Shown: positions 61,159 through 64,000 of the stretch, piece by piece
Layout: each line of letters opens with the position of its first letter
Position numbering within the stretch: the stretch's first letter is position 1
Assembly (NCBI RefSeq): GCF_009914755.1
Contig: NC_060936.1
Reading direction: 5' to 3' (one strand)
Origin: the human T2T-CHM13v2.0 reference genome, Homo sapiens
Length of the DNA stretch: 64,000 nucleotides
Notes under the pieces: generated by a model
Databases searched by the model: none
What the model was told of the DNA's origin: nothing
The model's input: the letters and a program-made list of their open reading frames with translations, nothing else
Translations under genes and position numbers: made by a program

Positions 61159-61251
61159 TGTGTGTGTGTGTGTGTCTGTGTGTGTGGTGTGTGTGTGTGT
61201 CTGTGTGTGTGGTGTGTGTGTGTGTCTGTGTGTGTGTGTGTGTGTGTGTGT
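61159..61251. repeat. Interrupted (TG)n microsatellite with a 25-bp higher-order period
   Basis: C interruptions at 61176, 61201 and 61226; GG at 61186-61187 and 61211-61212. Confidence 0.95.
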
Positions 61252-64000
61252 ATTTAGAATTAGATTGTTAATGCATGTAACCTGGCCATAATTTAAGCAA
61301 CTTATAGAAATAAAGATTAATGAATTTAGAGAAAATTGAATTCTATCACTTAATAGTAAGGGGAACTAAGTCATAAAACGCATAGATGGCTTGTGTAACA
61401 AAAGGCTTATTTCTTTAAAAAAATCATGTTTATAGAACTTTGGCTTTCTCAAAATTTCCACTTGCTTTCAGTGAAGATACAAAATTGGAATCTTTATTCC
61501 ATCTTATCTTCACTGCAGTCAGAATTCACCATTTTAAACTAACTGATTAATCATACAATAAATGTACTTACTTTTGTAGTAACTATTTCTTGATATTTTT
61601 ATATCCTAACAGGATAGAGATGCAGCCAATTGGAAGAAATGATGCAGATTACATGCAAAATTTATTCATTCTTTTATTAATTTGTTAGTTACGTAGAAAT
61701 CTCAAAATAATTATTGTGTGTATACCATCATGAGAGTGTTAAAAACTCAGTATATGTAGTGGGGAAGTAATATTTTAATGAGAAGTGCTCTTTCCTAAAC
61801 TGATTTAGTGAAAAATTTGTTTAAAAATAATACAGTATAGTAAAGTTGATTATTAAAATGTCAAAACTTAATTTTTACACAATGAAATTTTATTTTCTAA
61901 ATCTGAAATATAGTCTTCGTAGCATCACATATATGACTAATTCTACTTGACTTATATAATTTGCTTTTATATTATTTTTCATTTTGTGTTTTATATTATC
62001 TAAACCTCAATGTATATAAATATACTTATCTCATCAGCTTAAAACAATATAGCTATTATTTTTTCTTGAATGACTGTATCTAGAGATTTTAAAAAAACTA
62101 ATTTAATAAATCCACTCCTCCAACACAAAGCACAAAATAGAGACAGGATACATTAAATATCTTCCAAGTTTATTGTTTTATGAATAGCTGATTCTCATTA
62201 CACTTAGCTACTTTCCCTTAGGTACAAAAAATATGGGTCAAGTCCTATTTTCATGGCCCTATTAAATCACAACTGCAGGTACCATTTTTAAGCATCTATA
62301 GCATTGTTTTAAAGGTATCTTTCACATGAAGGTAGTTTGAAAAGTCATTCTTCCCTGGGTTTTGCATAATTATTTTCTCTTATTCCAAAACTCAGAATTT
62401 TTGGTCTAGTCTGTTTTAACCACCTTGAATCTTGCCAATTAAAATGCTAGCCTCCTGGCCCTAACTTCCTTTCCCTTGTTCCTAGCAAGCATCTGTTCTT
62501 CCACATTCTTGTATAGTTTAACTCAAAATGCCAATCAGTGATGATTGATCACATTTTTCACACAACAGCCTGGACCCGGATTCTGCACTCCACATGCATT
62601 TGCCGTTTTGATTAATGAACATAAATCAGCGGTGACAATTCACATTTGCAAGTGGATGGAAAGAATTATTAGAAATGCAGCACATTAGTAAGCAAAAGCT
62701 TCCCTTCATTCTATTACAATTGCATTGAAAACAAATACACTCCCCTCAGAGGACTTTGTGGTTATCATTAGGGAATATCTGAAATATGGAAATAAAACAC
62801 ATGCTGCCAGGCCTGTTTTCATTATTTTGATCTCATAAAAGATCTTTATATTTCAATACTGCACAGACAACAAATGATTTTGCAACATCATTTCTATGTT
62901 TATATAAGCCTCTACTATATAGAATATCTCAAAAAGCAATTCCTTTCTCTACCAAATAGAGTATTTTTTTTTTTGGAATGAAAGAATGGCAAAAAAAATT
63001 TAACTTGTTTCCTTAATTCACATAAACAATAAAAATCAAAGATTTTGTCTATGTCCATTCAATGAATTACTTACTTTTTTCCCTCCACTAATATTTACTT
63101 TAAGAACATAAAATTCATAAATAAATAACCTCTTCTGGTTTTAAAGCCAAAGTGCCAATGATATGTGGTGAATCAGCCTAAAGTCAACTGGTAAAAATAT
63201 TGTTTTCTTTGGTTATGAAAATTTCTAACTCAGTTGAGACATACAGATCAGGATCTTCAAATAAAATATTCTTAAATGGAATATGTATGAAATATACTTC
63301 ACAGACCAAATATATTGATCCTAAAGTGACCTGTTTGACTTATTAATTTTAAAGCATCATTACTATAATGGCCCATTTATTGTATTAAATGAGTATTAAA
63401 TCTTTGCAGCTACTTAAGACTGCTTTTAAGGGTCACGGATTTAATTGCCTCAATAAATATATACCTATACTATCAGTTATTTCTAACTTCTCAGGAGGCA
63501 AAGGCACTGGTGTGTTTAGTAAGTATAATTGACTCTTTTAGTAAGAAATGGATACACTTTTAAAGCACATGTATCAAGACTGCCAGAAAAAAATTTAAAA
63601 CTTTATCGGCAGTTCAAAAGTTATAAAAATATTTGCCAAGCTTGAAAAACATTTCTATCTTTATTTTATAATAACATATTTACTTAGAAAGTGCTTTGTT
63701 TTCTTTCCCCTTTGTGGCATCGAATTGTCAATTAAAGGCCTTTAGAGTGACCATGGGATGAGTTGGTTAAGTTGCTGTCCAGGTGGGAGAACAGCAAAAT
63801 AGATGCTGTTGGTTGTAACTCTGAATTTCCAGAAGTCACATTGAAGTCATAATAATCAAAATATTTAGGAGGAAATTGAATTCTGCAATCAATGAGAACT
63901 ATAGTCTTGGCAGTTCCTAAAAGGCGCATTTCCTTGTTGTTTTGCTTAAGCTTGTCTGGGCTTCATTTAGTAGTCTGCTTATGTTAAATTTAAGCAATCA

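Noticed and set aside
63732-63929. 65-aa minus ORF MRLLGTAKTIV...
   Set aside because: There is an in-frame stop shortly upstream, no pyrimidine-rich acceptor and no recognised domain.

Overview
This is AT-rich, CpG-poor human non-coding DNA (deep intron or intergenic). Human origin rests on an AluYb8-type insertion at 35891-36207, a human-specific lineage. I found no recognisable protein-coding exon, RNA gene, CpG island or prokaryotic-type system, and I could not identify a host gene. The long ORFs in the track are L1 ORF2 remnants, Alu read-through or chance ORFs. The window is a layered repeat record: L1s (three with twin-priming 5' inversions), ten Alus plus a tiny Alu fragment, MaLR/ERVL LTRs, a near full-length HSMAR2 mariner, a MADE1 MITE, several hAT/Tigger MITEs and many L2/MIR remnants. 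The most interesting structures not explained by simple insertion are: (1) a ~646-bp micro-inversion at 47795-48440 bounded by a perfect 10-bp inverted repeat, which splits an MLT1A LTR and an L2; (2) a 105-bp nested palindrome at 20334-20438 with a template-switch signature; (3) a left-left-right Alu trimer inside one TSD; (4) a PBX-HOX/MEIS motif cluster in unique DNA near 62.6 kb. Repeat subfamily names come from recalled consensus sequences and need RepeatMasker/Dfam confirmation. Boundaries of old repeats are approximate.
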